Below, piece after piece: positions 1 to 12,052 of a stretch of DNA of 64,000 bases. The DNA is from Lytechinus pictus (lineage: Eukaryota), in contig NC_087245.1 of NCBI RefSeq assembly GCF_037042905.1, positions 33,234,001-33,298,000 on the forward strand. Reading direction: 5' to 3'. How positions within the stretch are numbered: the first letter of the stretch is position 1; the number at the start of each line of letters is the position of its first letter. The notes under the pieces are model-generated. The model was not told the origin of the DNA. It made no database searches and worked only from the letters and a program-made list of their open reading frames with translations. Position numbers and translations under genes: made by a program.

Positions 1-366
1 TGTCTGTCTGTGATTTGAATTTGAATTCCCGAGCGAAGGCAGTATTTGTCCTTAGTGACTTGTCAATCAAAGCACTGTATCGCAAATACAAACTACGATG
101 AGTGCATGACAATTGTATAATCTATGGAAGTGCTTGAAAGGTCACGTAAGCTCCGCCCCCAAAAAAGATGTTTTGGAGGTCAAGCCTTTCACACGTAAAA
201 TTTGTACCATAATTTGAGTGAAACTTAACTGGAATTCACCTTCGGAGTAGAATTTGAATTCGTGATTGTGATAAGCGTTCGTGATTCTAATCATGTTCTA
301 GTTTGGTTTCACACATGCTAAAAATTCTAATTCAAATTACGATTTTTTTTTACAGTATGAAAGGGT
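1..366. mobile_element. Right-hand part of a non-autonomous DNA transposon (MITE), cut by the window edge
   Basis: Ends in ...tacagtatgaaagggt, resembling the right TIRs of the elements at 2579-3131 and 23080-23406; repeated gtgatt/gaattc motifs inside. Confidence 0.45.
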
Positions 367-1035
367 GGAAAGTCATCTCAAGTGACAAACTTTGTGTCTC
401 TATTAAGTAGGCCTATATGTATTTGAATACTGACTAGATGAATGAAGAAATGCAATCCCATCTAAATACTAGGAGAAAATCACAACAACATTCGTGTAGG
501 GTTTAAGTATGTATGCTTGCAAAATATAGCAAGAATTTCACAACATAAAGACTATATAGGTATAGGATAAATCTTGGGATATATGTTCATTATAAATTTA
601 CAATTAGTCATAGGAGCTGCAATGGTAATAACAGTCCACACTCTTTAAGGCAGCTGACAGCAGTGATGCTTATTAGAAATAAATTAACATTTTTGCCTCA
701 AGCATTTGACATTAATAGCTTCTCCATATTGTTTTCTTCAATCAGCAAATTACTAGGAAACATTTGTATGCATCAACACTTACACTGCATTGCTGTATTG
801 CTGAGAAGTGGATAAATTTTGCACAATTAACAGTTTGATTCCTTGTAATAGGCCTATTTGCGGTTTTATATGTATAAAAAGAACATAATCATAAATTGTA
901 CCTGGAACATATTATCAGGATATGGATAGTAAAAGGAACAGGGAAAGAAGAAGGAAAAGGAGAAAAGTTTTATGCAACAGCAGTCAGGCAGTAGCAGCTA
1001 GATGAAGTATCTGAACTACATGTTCTAGCTTAAGT

Positions 1036-1111
1036 AGTTGTAATACTAGTAGTAGTAGTAGTAGTTATAGTAGTAGTAATAGTAGAAGTAGTAGTAGCAG
1101 CAGCAGCAGCA

Positions 1112-1190
<79 letters not shown>

Positions 1191-1245
1191 AAGCATTGAC
1201 ACCTAACATAGTGGTATTTGTATTATTAGTAGAAGTAGTAGAAAT
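1036..1245. repeat. (AGT)n microsatellite with a short (AGC)n interruption
   Basis: Direct reading; explains the poly-Thr ORF 1030..1263. Confidence 0.97.
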
Positions 1246-2578
1246 ATCACTAGTATGTATCACTGAAATATATATAAACAGTAAAATAAAATAATACTCT
1301 CACTTCACAGAATTATGATTTCTTGTAATCAAAGTATTGCAAATAACATTGGCTAAATTCAAAAGGCAAACAAAGCTCACATAATTCCGATATATACCAT
1401 AACAATATATCTATTTCATATACGACCCCAAAATAAAGAGTCAATATGATATCTTAAAAGCAATGTAAGTCAAGTAGCCAAGAAACATATGAATTGTATC
1501 AACAAATTTCTACATACAATCCAGACATGAAGTCATAAGTTGGTCTAATCTCTTGACTTTATAACAATACAACTCAAAGAAATATTTCCTTACCTTTTAA
1601 ATAAATATGTAATTAATCCATCATCCTAGCACTGCAAGCTACCCAGACACAAAAGAAAATACAAGCATAACACAAACAGAGTTGTTCACCCAAGAGAGGG
1701 AAGACTGGTAAATGATAGCTTCCCGTCTGCACTGTCCCCCTGTAGTGATAGAGTAATGGGGGTCAAGCACCCTTAGAGTTGTGATGATGCACCACTCTCG
1801 GCAGCTAGATAGACCTCATCAGCAAACTCTGCAGGAGTGAATAGCTTTCGATGTGACTCATTCACAAAATAAGCTCGCTTCTCCAAAGTTTTGAAGTTCT
1901 TCACACTTCAGCCATCAAGTCTACGACTGGAAGTTGCCTTGGAGAGATCTTTACCATATTTGCAGTAAAACCTCAAGTCCTCTATTTTACAACTTTTTTT
2001 TGTACAATTACCTCCTTATTCATCACATAAATGTTAAAAATGAAAACACAATCAATGTAGATTCACCTCACTAATTCTGCTATTCCCAACCAATTTCCTG
2101 GGAAAAGTACTTTTACGCACTTCTCCAACTGAAAGGAAAAGAATTTTTCACCAATACTGATCGACTCTTTCTGAGAATACTTGATGATACTATTGACATT
2201 ACTCTTAAATTGGACATTGTACAAGATATATTTAAAAGAATACCAAAATCATAAATGTAATTATGACACATCTTGTTTACAAAGTTCAAAATACAAATTT
2301 GTAAGTTGTAATACCACTGAATCTCAATGATCTTGAATGAACTTCATCAATGATTGTAAAGATAGGATTATTCAGAAGAAAAAAACATTACAACACTGTG
2401 AAAAAAGGATATCTTCAGACGTCATAATATTGCTATTTTGATAGTCGCCTTCCTTAAAATCACACCCATATTAGGAAAGAACATCAAATCTAAACAATTA
2501 AAAATTTTTTTTTTTTTTTTTTTTATCCATTTGATCCAATAGCTTTGCAGGAGATCTACTATACTCAGATGAGTCATA

Positions 2579-3131
2579 TACCCTTTTTACACAGGATTTT
2601 CTTAACCCCGGACTATCGCTAACCCCGTACTATCCTTAACCCCGTACTATTTTTTTTCCTTTTCACACATGCCAAATTGTTATCGCTAACCCCGGATAAG
2701 GAATGCTTGCTTTTCACACACGAAACTCGCTAACCCCGGACTAGTGGTTTTTGTCGATCATTCGTAGTACAAGTACTTCACTCGTACCTTTTTACGCACG
2801 CTAAAATTTCCTTAACCCCGTACTATAGGTGGGGCTAAATTGCCATTTAGCCCCACCTATAGTACGGGGTTAAGCTTAGCCCACTTTCGTTTTACACTAG
2901 CGATCTTAACCCCGTACTATCGCTCTTAGCACCGCAATTGCTGGGATAACCCTGCTTTTTTGCAGGGCCAAATAATCCCGTACTAAAGGTGGGGTTAGCC
3001 CACTTTGCAAAAATGCTGTGTAAAAAGAAAGTGGGCTAAGCTTAACCCCGTACTATAGGTGGGGCTAAATTGCCATTTAGCCCCACCTATAGTACGGGGT
3101 TAAGGAAATTTTAGCGTGTGTAAAAAGGGTA
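2579..3131. mobile_element. MITE with TIR TACCCTTTTTACAC / GTGTAAAAAGGGTA and putative 3-bp TSD ATA, containing nested palindromes
   Basis: Perfect 14-bp TIRs at 2579-2592 and 3118-3131; ATA on both flanks; many taaccccgtacta sub-repeats; two perfect 30-bp hairpins (2811-2874, 3041-3104). Confidence 0.9.
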
Positions 3132-3671
3132 ATAGAATGAAAGAATCTAATAAAAACATGTGTGGCACGTTTCTGTGAAAGGCCATCCAAATTGTTCCAC
3201 TTGTCTCCTTTGTGTATATCAAATGATATATGATAAAAACCTCCACCATTTCCAATCAGGTACAAACATCCATATCACCACACCTGCCGCAGGCTCGGCT
3301 CGCAAAAGACACTTTTATTAAATGGATATCTCTTCCAGAATTCTGTGAGATTTTCATTCAGTATTATCTGCTCCCGCCTATGTGTGATAGATTTTCAAAG
3401 AAACCCAGTCATAAGACATAAAGGAGCATAAGGCATGCCGATGGCAGCTCATTTATAAGAGTTCATTTCAGATATTTCAGAATATTGTAGGTATTGAATT
3501 AAAGGTATTTGGTAGTTTTTTCCAGGATTCGAAATGAAATCAACTTTCCAGCTACTGGTTTAATCATGAATGAAAACCTTCATCAGCAAGGGGATCAGCT
3601 ACCATTTGAGATTTACAAACGAACATGTAATTTGTATATTATGATAGATAATTCACATCTCAATTTGAGGA

Positions 3672-3893
3672 GGCGCGATAGCTCAGTCGGTAGAGCGGGG
3701 GATTCGTATTCCGGTGACCCGAATTCGATTCCCACTTGGTGTGATAGTGCCCTTTGGTAAGGCATTAATTCTCTGTACCAGGTCCTTCGGAGAGGACCAT
3801 AAGCCGTCGGTCCTCTGGTTGCTTGCTTACAAGCATTCATGCTTTCTTAGCAATTGGGTAAAAAATCACCATCAATTATTATTATTATTATAA
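3672..3893 (+). mobile_element. tRNA-derived SINE, possibly with a Deu/Nin-like central domain
   Basis: A-box tagctcagtcggtag, B-box-like gaattcgattccc, body ggtccttcggagaggaccataagccgtcggtcc, (TTA)n tail. Confidence 0.85.
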
Positions 3894-4558
3894 TACAACA
3901 ATGTCTTACAGAAATCTTCTGATAGGCATAGCTCTCCATGTACATGTATCCATGGACCTTCCGTGGTAGGTCCATGTGTCGCAGCGTGTTGGTCTAGCCA
4001 ACAACCATCTGTGTCTGCTGGCCAAAACAAAGTATTTTTAGATCTCCACAAACCCAAACCAGTTGAATAAGATATTCTGTATTTTATTTTATTCTATAAC
4101 ATCCAGTAACTAAAGGGGAGGGGGTTCTAAAACAAAACAAAATAAAACTTTGAATGGATTATGAAATGGGTGAGATAGCATATGTATTTTTTTTGCACTT
4201 GCCAGACATAGCATTACATGATACCGTTTCCATCTTTATCAAGTTGGCCAAACTCTTTTGATCAATTTCTCTGTTTTTAATATGATTATAGTATTATTAT
4301 AACTTAACGGAGTTAACCAAACTCTAATGATCAACGCTCTGGAGTCTGGTACACAATTGATACCCCAACACTAAGGGGGCCAGTGACCTGTCAAGACCCA
4401 CAATGGAATCCACTGGAGTACAACACTATCCTCAGCTATGATACTGTTGTCCTAAGGCATGTACAGGTAAGGTGAGACCAACAATCATTGGTGAGCACAG
4501 AGATGTCACACTGTTTAGATCCATCAAATACAATGCACACATTAGAGTCATATTGAAA

Positions 4559-4763
4559 CGGAGCTGCCGAGTAGAACAGATTTTCTGTATTCAGAACTGA
4601 AAAATAAGAATACTGATGGATTCATGTAAAATAACGATTTTTTAATGTTTCCGTTTTATGTGGTGTCCTATGGTATTTCTTTGAAAATACTGATTTCCTT
4701 ACCAAACTACTGATTTTCAGCTTTTATAAAACTAAAATGTTCTTGTTCAAGTGGGCAGCTCTG
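4559..4763. mobile_element. Degenerate short MITE (hAT-like termini)
   Basis: Imperfect TIRs cggagctgcc / ggcagctctg; no clean TSD. Confidence 0.45.
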
Positions 4764-7700
4764 TTGAATGTTATCCAAGAACCTAGTTTGTAACAATCCA
4801 TCTGTTATAAAATTGCTGTTGTTCTTCATAAAATGTATTTTATGCAATGGGAAAGCAGACTATTATAATTATTCACAATCACATATATCCCCCCATATGA
4901 TTAAGTTGATATTCATAAGTGTTGATGAATAACTGTCATATTAAACTATCCCTTCAAATATTAGGTTTAATTCCTGATAATTTCTTTTGTGGTTTAATTT
5001 GCCACAATGCATTTGCAGGTACCTGTATCTTTCCCTTAGACCTTACACAGTGTTCATTCTCCTACCCCAATTGGTTGTGACATCTCAGCCAAATATTTGT
5101 CTGTTAAATAGGATTTTTTAAATCCTTCTGTCCACCAAACAGATGACTTGAGCAAAATACAAATTTATTAAGGAAAATTGCAAAGAATGCTGTTAAAAAA
5201 TGATATTTTCATTAATGCAACAAAAAGAATTAATAGTAATACACATATCAATGGAAAAGTTTATTGAGATATTCTCAGCAGTGACATCATTATTTCAGCA
5301 TTGACCCTTGCAGAGATCACTTACAAACTATCCTCTAATGAGATGTCCTTTCGTTCTACATTGGCCACCATCCAGTGAGTGGTTAAAGGTTAGAGAAATA
5401 TTATTGGTGTATCGGCTGTACTCTCCCAACCAATCAGCAGACAGAATGCCACTTTTAGCGATGACATCATCAGTCAATCATGCACCCACAATTACAGCTA
5501 GTTGGGCCACTGGTTGCTAGCTCTGTATTGGATGAATGTTTGGTGTTCTATGTGCTCAGTAACTTGTGGTATTCAAAAGAATGATTTATTTATTTAAAAC
5601 TGAATTTGAATGCAACTCATAGGGATAAAACTCAGCTGACTCAATGTTTGTTTTTAAGAATCTTGTACAGTAATAGGCCTAATTACATGACTAAAAAAAA
5701 AATCACATTTCCAGTGGTGAACTTTTGTCCAAGAAGAGTAAGTTTTGTAGAGCATAGAAGGTACATGATCAAATTCATATCTGATAAACTAAAGGGAAGA
5801 TAAGTTTAAAGACAAAGGGATTGTTGATATTAACCACTAACGAGAGATACATCACATGAAGTGCAGCATGCATACAACAGACATGACCACTGTCATATGG
5901 CTGGGATGTTTCACAAATGCTTGGAATTAATATTGACATGTTCATAGCTAAATAGAGCAAATGACCATTCATATTTAGATTCTTTTGATGACAGTCCACT
6001 GAAGATATCTGGACCAAGTACTGATCTACTTTCATTATCGTTTCTTTTTTCTCCCAACCATTGAGTAGGCAGAAACATCTGACTGCTGAGTCAAAATTGC
6101 TTTAGTGGGTGTGTGTGCATGGGAGTCTATCATATTAGCAGAAGGGTATAAATGTCATCCGTCAGGGGCAAAAGGATGTAAATCCACAATGCTGATCTGG
6201 CTTTAATGACATTTAATGTCTTAAATGAATAATGGTGTATTGAATTCAATTACTTTCATTCCAACCATTTCAAAATTGTGCAAAAATAAACTTGTTCCTG
6301 TCTTATGATATATCTACATCAACTTTAACACAAGAACAATCAATACAAATTATCAATTAAAAGGTATTTTAACACTAGTTACTCAATGTATTAGGCAATT
6401 TTCTGATATCCTGTTTTCACAAACATATTCCATTAGATCTAACCTCTCAAACATCCGACATTATTTTCCAAGGAGTCATTATTCACTACAGTAAATAATT
6501 GCAGATGAAAAAAAAAAAGTAAGAAAATCTAAACAGAGAGGAAAAGTTAAAAGAAACAATTTTCCAGCAAATTGGGTATGGTTCATGTGATTTCAATAAA
6601 AAATATATATCATGGAGCATATTAATATATCATTTCTATTATGAGAAAATAATAATTCATAATTATCATATCACTGGAAAAATCATAAATTTTCTTCCTC
6701 TTCTTGGACTAATTTAACTGCTTGAATTTTACTTTATTTCCAATCATTTTCAAACTTTCTATGAAGGCATCCCTTAGAAGAAGAGTGTTCTACAGATGGG
6801 TTGATTAAATGCAAACAACTACTACACACTGATAGATAATTAGTGGAGTCCACAGCCCCATCTAACCCTTGACTTTTATCAATTAATATGGGGTAATGAC
6901 TTCACCATCTGATCACTGCAACCCTATAGCCTTCACTACATACTAACACTCCACTCCTATTACAAAATATTTGTTCATTATTATTTTGTGTCAAAACTGT
7001 CAAGCACTCCTTTGTATTCGATTTTGGGAAATGTACACATATTGTATATTATAAAGGCAAACAAAGTTAGGAAAGTATAGAAAGCAAACGCTCGAGGATG
7101 CTTCATGTTTTACAAGGGGATATCTTTGTCATAACAATGAGGACACATCTAATTACTTAAGAAATGAAGAAAATGATCAGATCCTCCACTTAAACACTAT
7201 TATAATTCCCCATATGATAATAAAATAGTTTGGTTCGGGCAGGGAAGGGGGGTCCCACTTGCCTGTTTCAAGTTCATAAAGGTTTTGTAAACATATGAAA
7301 CAGCAAATATCTCTCCCCTCTCTTCCTCTCCCTTTACAGAGTTCATGTAAATATAAAAATATAGTCAAAGAAGGGAGGGTCGTCAAACTTTTTCTCACAG
7401 AAGAGATCTGATACACCTAATCTTATTATGTCTTGAGCTTTCTTAAAGCCTAGTTAAGAGTCAATAATGTGAATTAAATCGTCTAACCTAAAACATCTAA
7501 AATTCCAATCTTACAAAAGTTTAGTGACTCTTTAAGTCTTTTTTTGTTACCAAACATTACAAGAGGAATTAACAATTTAGAAAATCATTAGCAAGACATA
7601 ATAGTGACCGGTGAAAAAAATATTAATTTGTTCAACTATTTTTAATATATTTAATCTGACATAGTATTCTATAAATACAGATTGTAAAACTTCATAGGCC

Positions 7701-8549
7701 TATTAAACAATGAATGAACATGACTTTTGTAAAGATTTGATGGTAAGAAATGTGAAACAAATGAGGGTCATGTACACAGAAGATACAATAAAATGTTCAA
7801 TTAAAGACAACTAAAATTCAATTGTGAACCATGTTAAAAAAGGATAATTGATTGTAAATATAAAGCGTAGCTCTTTAAGTTATGATTACATCCCCCCCCC
7901 CCGGAACAAGAATACCAATGACATAATTAACCAAGTGATTCATTAAAGGCTACATCATGCCCATTATAACGCTCATTGGACTATGGTGTTTTATTGGAAT
8001 ATACAAACAAAAATGATAAGTTCCATGACCTGGTGATGAGGCTATCCCCTGGCTGGCATCCCAAGCAAGCGAGGCCAAATTCAAACGGGCTAAAAATAAG
8101 TGAGAGGAGATCCTATCACACAGGATTGGCATAGCTCAAAATAAGATGCAAGGAGAACGACGGATCATATCGAACTAGATAGGCCTGCACCTATCACATA
8201 GGTCATCTTAAACGCAAACTCCATACAGAGATAACCTTTGGTTTGATTATGGATTCTTTCCAAAACTATCGCGTAATATTTCATCTGGAAGGACCATGGA
8301 GTGTACAGAATGATGATGATAATGATGATGGAAACAATGATAAAAAGAAAACACTATCCCACAGTGTGTTCATCAGGGAAAAATACACTCAGGCTTGGAG
8401 CTTATTAGCCCTGAACCCCCCCCCCAAAAAAAGGTCTAAAACTACAAAAAGAACCCCTTAACTTCACATAGGGTCTACTGAAAACTGCATGAAAATGTAG
8501 CATATTTTTGGTGGTGAGCTCAAATTGAGTATGTATTATATTTTCTTTA

Positions 8550-9180
8550 CCTTGTGTTCAAAGTGTGGAACATAATGTGAAATAATTGCCACATTATTCA
8601 CTATGTGGACTAACTGAACATTCACAGTGTAGAAGTGTTCACACAGTGTGCAATTATCTTCACACTGTTGGATTTGATTTGATTATTTGAAAAGTATGAA
8701 TCACATCTTCATATAGTTAACAATTTGAGCACAATTAGTCATAAAACATTGTAGTCCACTATGTGAACACACTGTGAACAATCACACTATGGACAGTTCA
8801 GGGTGACACCATTTCTACATGGTTAAATTTGAGTACTTTAACAGTGTGAATCACATCTTTATAAATATTAGTGCACCATGTGAACACACTATGAACAATC
8901 ACAATGATGAGGTGTTCACAGTGTGCAATAAATTTAAGTATTTTGACAGTGTGCATCACATCTTCATAAATATAAGTGCACCATGTGAACACCCTACGAA
9001 CAATCACACTGTTGAGGTGTTCACAGTGTACAATAAATTTGAGTATTTCAACAGCGTGCATCACATCTTCACAAACATTGTAGACCATCATTTCAACACA
9101 CTGACTAATAACACTATGAAGGTTCCCACAGTGTGAAATCATCTTCATGCTGTTAAATTTGAGTATTTAAACAGTGTGAC
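8550..9180. repeat. Tandem repeat (minisatellite/satellite), 105-bp period in the best-conserved part
   Basis: aaattt(g/a)agta recurs at 8825, 8930 and 9035; produces the 35-aa repeating ORFs on both strands. Confidence 0.9.
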
Positions 9181-9579
9181 AATGTGTTCTTTAAAACTGG
9201 GATTATATTCTACTTTTCATCTGATTAATCGGGATGACGGCACCGAGTGTTTTACATAATTATGCTATTAATTTTCAAATATTTATTGTTTGATTTAAGT
9301 TTTAATGGAAAATGAATTAATTGACTATTTATAAAAATGATTGGATTACGATACAAGAATTTCAAATCTTCTGTCTTGTTGCTAAACATTCCAATACGGG
9401 ATGTCATATAGCTATGGCATCTCATAAATACCTCCTTATTTCATAATTAGGAGCATAAGATAAGATATGATTAACTGACAATTTTAATCTCTCTTGTGGT
9501 CGAGCATCATAAACAAAAAAATGTGTTAATGAGTACACATCATAGTGACAACACAGTCAACATTAACAATCTGACTGAC

Positions 9580-9615
9580 AGTTCCTTCTGTGTTAGTAGT
9601 CTCAGCACTGACATA
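9580..9615 (-). CDS. Candidate 36-nt in-frame micro-exon (YVSAETTNTEGT) of the minus-strand gene
   Basis: Minus strand: atttcttcttttgctacttcag|TATGTC...GGAACT|gtcagt; phase 0-0, no stop; no homology recognised. Confidence 0.3.
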
Positions 9616-12028
9616 CTGAAGTAGCAAAAGAAGAAATATAGATATAAGATTTAAGAAAGTATTAGATTAAAGATGAGCAAGCCATTAACTTTTTAATGGC
9701 TGGTCCTCTGTAAAATTCAAATAATCAAGTCTGAGATATCTAGCACCCTCTCTCGCCAATGTTTTTATTTTATAAAGAGACTCTTTGATCATTTATTTAA
9801 CGCATTTAATGAGGGGATATCAGAAAAAGAGAGACAACGACTACGGTATATGCTGCAATATTCAGCCCATTCCATGCTTTGGAAAAGGTTTCATATAAAA
9901 AAAAGTATAGGAAAAATGGAGATATAGTTTCTGGGCATCCCATCAAAATCACAAATTTATCAAATAAAACACATTTTTATTTCATATTCTTCACATGGTT
10001 ACTGTTCCAGCGAATGAAAATTCATATAATCTAGTGATGAGATGGAACAATCCAGAGATTTACAATAGAAACCGATAGTTGCAATTTAGGGTTCAAGCTA
10101 CATCGGGCAAATTACCGCCTGGCACTTGGGTCAAAATTGCATGCGCTGCCCGCACAAATTTTCCCAAAACAGAACTAAAATTTGCTGAATGTGTATCAAT
10201 TTGATTCTATTTCATGCTACCAAAGTCATAGCTTTTGCACAATATGAATTCTGCGCGCATTATTTTGCCAAAGATACCGAGACAATCTCGAGCAAAATTG
10301 CCATGAGTACCACAGCTTTGCCTATTCATATTTTACCGGACACTAAACTGATCACGGCTAGAGCCCTGTAGCGATTTATATATGGAGAGCCACGATCAGA
10401 AGGCCCTAAAATATGATTCTGGCTTTAAAATCATTCTCGATCTCAAAACTACATCACCAACAATTCTTCCCCAGAATAATGATGTATTCTTACAAAAAAA
10501 ATAACATTGGGAGGGATTTCCTGTAATCCCGACCACATTTTGGCAAGAAAAATAGAGAAGTATTTTCTCTGATTTCAATGGGAGTGGGAGAAGCAAACAT
10601 TTTGGAGAGGAGGTTGCTCAACTTCCCAAATAAACAGGGAGTGTTTTTAGTTTCGATGCCCACCCACGTACTATGTTCTGCATGTTCAAGTTCACATGAC
10701 ATCTATGCACTTTCATCGGAACATGTCATATCAAGTGGCTAAGAGATTTTTTGTTTTTTGTTTATACTTTATATGAAATTTCATAAAAAAAGTAGTACAA
10801 GGAGTTACTACGTTTGATTTTGTTTTACCCTGCAAATGATTTGATAAGAGATGCCACTAATAATGAAAGCCAGAAACTTTTCTAGAATTGGCCATCTTGT
10901 ACATAAAATGTATTTTCTAGGGCCTGAAAATAAGTTCCTTGAGTATGAAATCAGGCTAGTGGCACCCTTGTTTCATTACACTATCTAATACATGAACATT
11001 AGATATAATAACAAAAAATCCATGTAAGTGTTAAATAAAACGAACAATTTTAATATTGTTGTTAATACAGATAATCATAATTGAAGTTGATCACTCAATA
11101 CCTTCATTAATAAAAGTAACTAGCCACGAACACACAATACAAACATGTCAAATGAGCATTTAGACAATTAAAGATTAATATAGGATCATATAATAAGGTG
11201 CTTACAAAGTAAAGAAATTCACAGGATAAAGATCGAACTTCGAAGATGGTAATTAACGTGATAATGCGTAATGAACTGCAATTGATGCCGAATAGGCATC
11301 ATGTTGCATCATTACAGGTAAATGAATTAAGCTTCCAGTATGAACATGCATCATTTCTCACTCAGTTGTATTTACAGAGAGATAATGGATTCATATGTAC
11401 CTACCAAACCCATATTTCTCTCCAACGCAGGTCATCAAGGGCATGTATATCAAGGTTTTATGTGCATTTATGTCAGCTTTCAGACTAAACAATGTTCTTA
11501 TAATCCTCCTTACCACCAAAGGCATGAAATCAAATTGTTGCAGTTGAGCCATTATATTAACAATAAAACTTTGAAGGTTAAAGAACCAATGAGGATTGTC
11601 CTAATCTATACACAGATTAAATCTGCAAGTTAAATAATATTCATAATAATCCGTCATCCTTAGAATAATTTGTCACGTTTTGTATTGAAATTGATAAACT
11701 ATTTTGTTACTTAGAGGAATGATATTATATGAAGGATAAAAAGCATGAATGAATACATAAAATATCTAAAACATACATGTAGAGTAGATTTATGTCCAAA
11801 TATAATATTTTTTTAGAGGAGAAAGCTGTTTAATGTGTTTACAAATAGGAAAACCCAGACATTGCCGACAAAACTTTCAAACACTAAAATTAAATATGTA
11901 GGATAACGTATTAAAAATGGCAAAAATGAAGAAAAAAACATTATTTTCCCAATCAATGAAATATTTAGAAAACAAGAAAAATAAAACATTTCAAAAAGAA
12001 AATATAAATATAGAAATAAGTAACTCAC

Positions 12029-12052
12029 CTGCCCTGAATAGAACAGCGACAT
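12029..12052 (-). CDS. Candidate alternative first coding exon (MSLFYSGQ) of the minus-strand tensin-like gene
   Basis: Minus strand caaaATG TCG CTG TTC TAT TCA GGG CAG|gtgagt: A-rich start context, perfect consensus donor, phase 0. Confidence 0.55.

Noticed and set aside
1030..1263. Poly-Thr ORF
   Set aside because: Translation of the (AGT)n microsatellite
3672..3745. tRNA gene
   Set aside because: A/B boxes present, but no proper acceptor stem, and it continues into a SINE body and tail; the same applies to the other tRNA-like heads
8798..9148. Repetitive Cys/His ORFs suggesting zinc fingers, or a CRISPR-like array
   Set aside because: Artefact of a 105-bp tandem repeat open on both strands; no unique spacers, no cas genes, eukaryotic context
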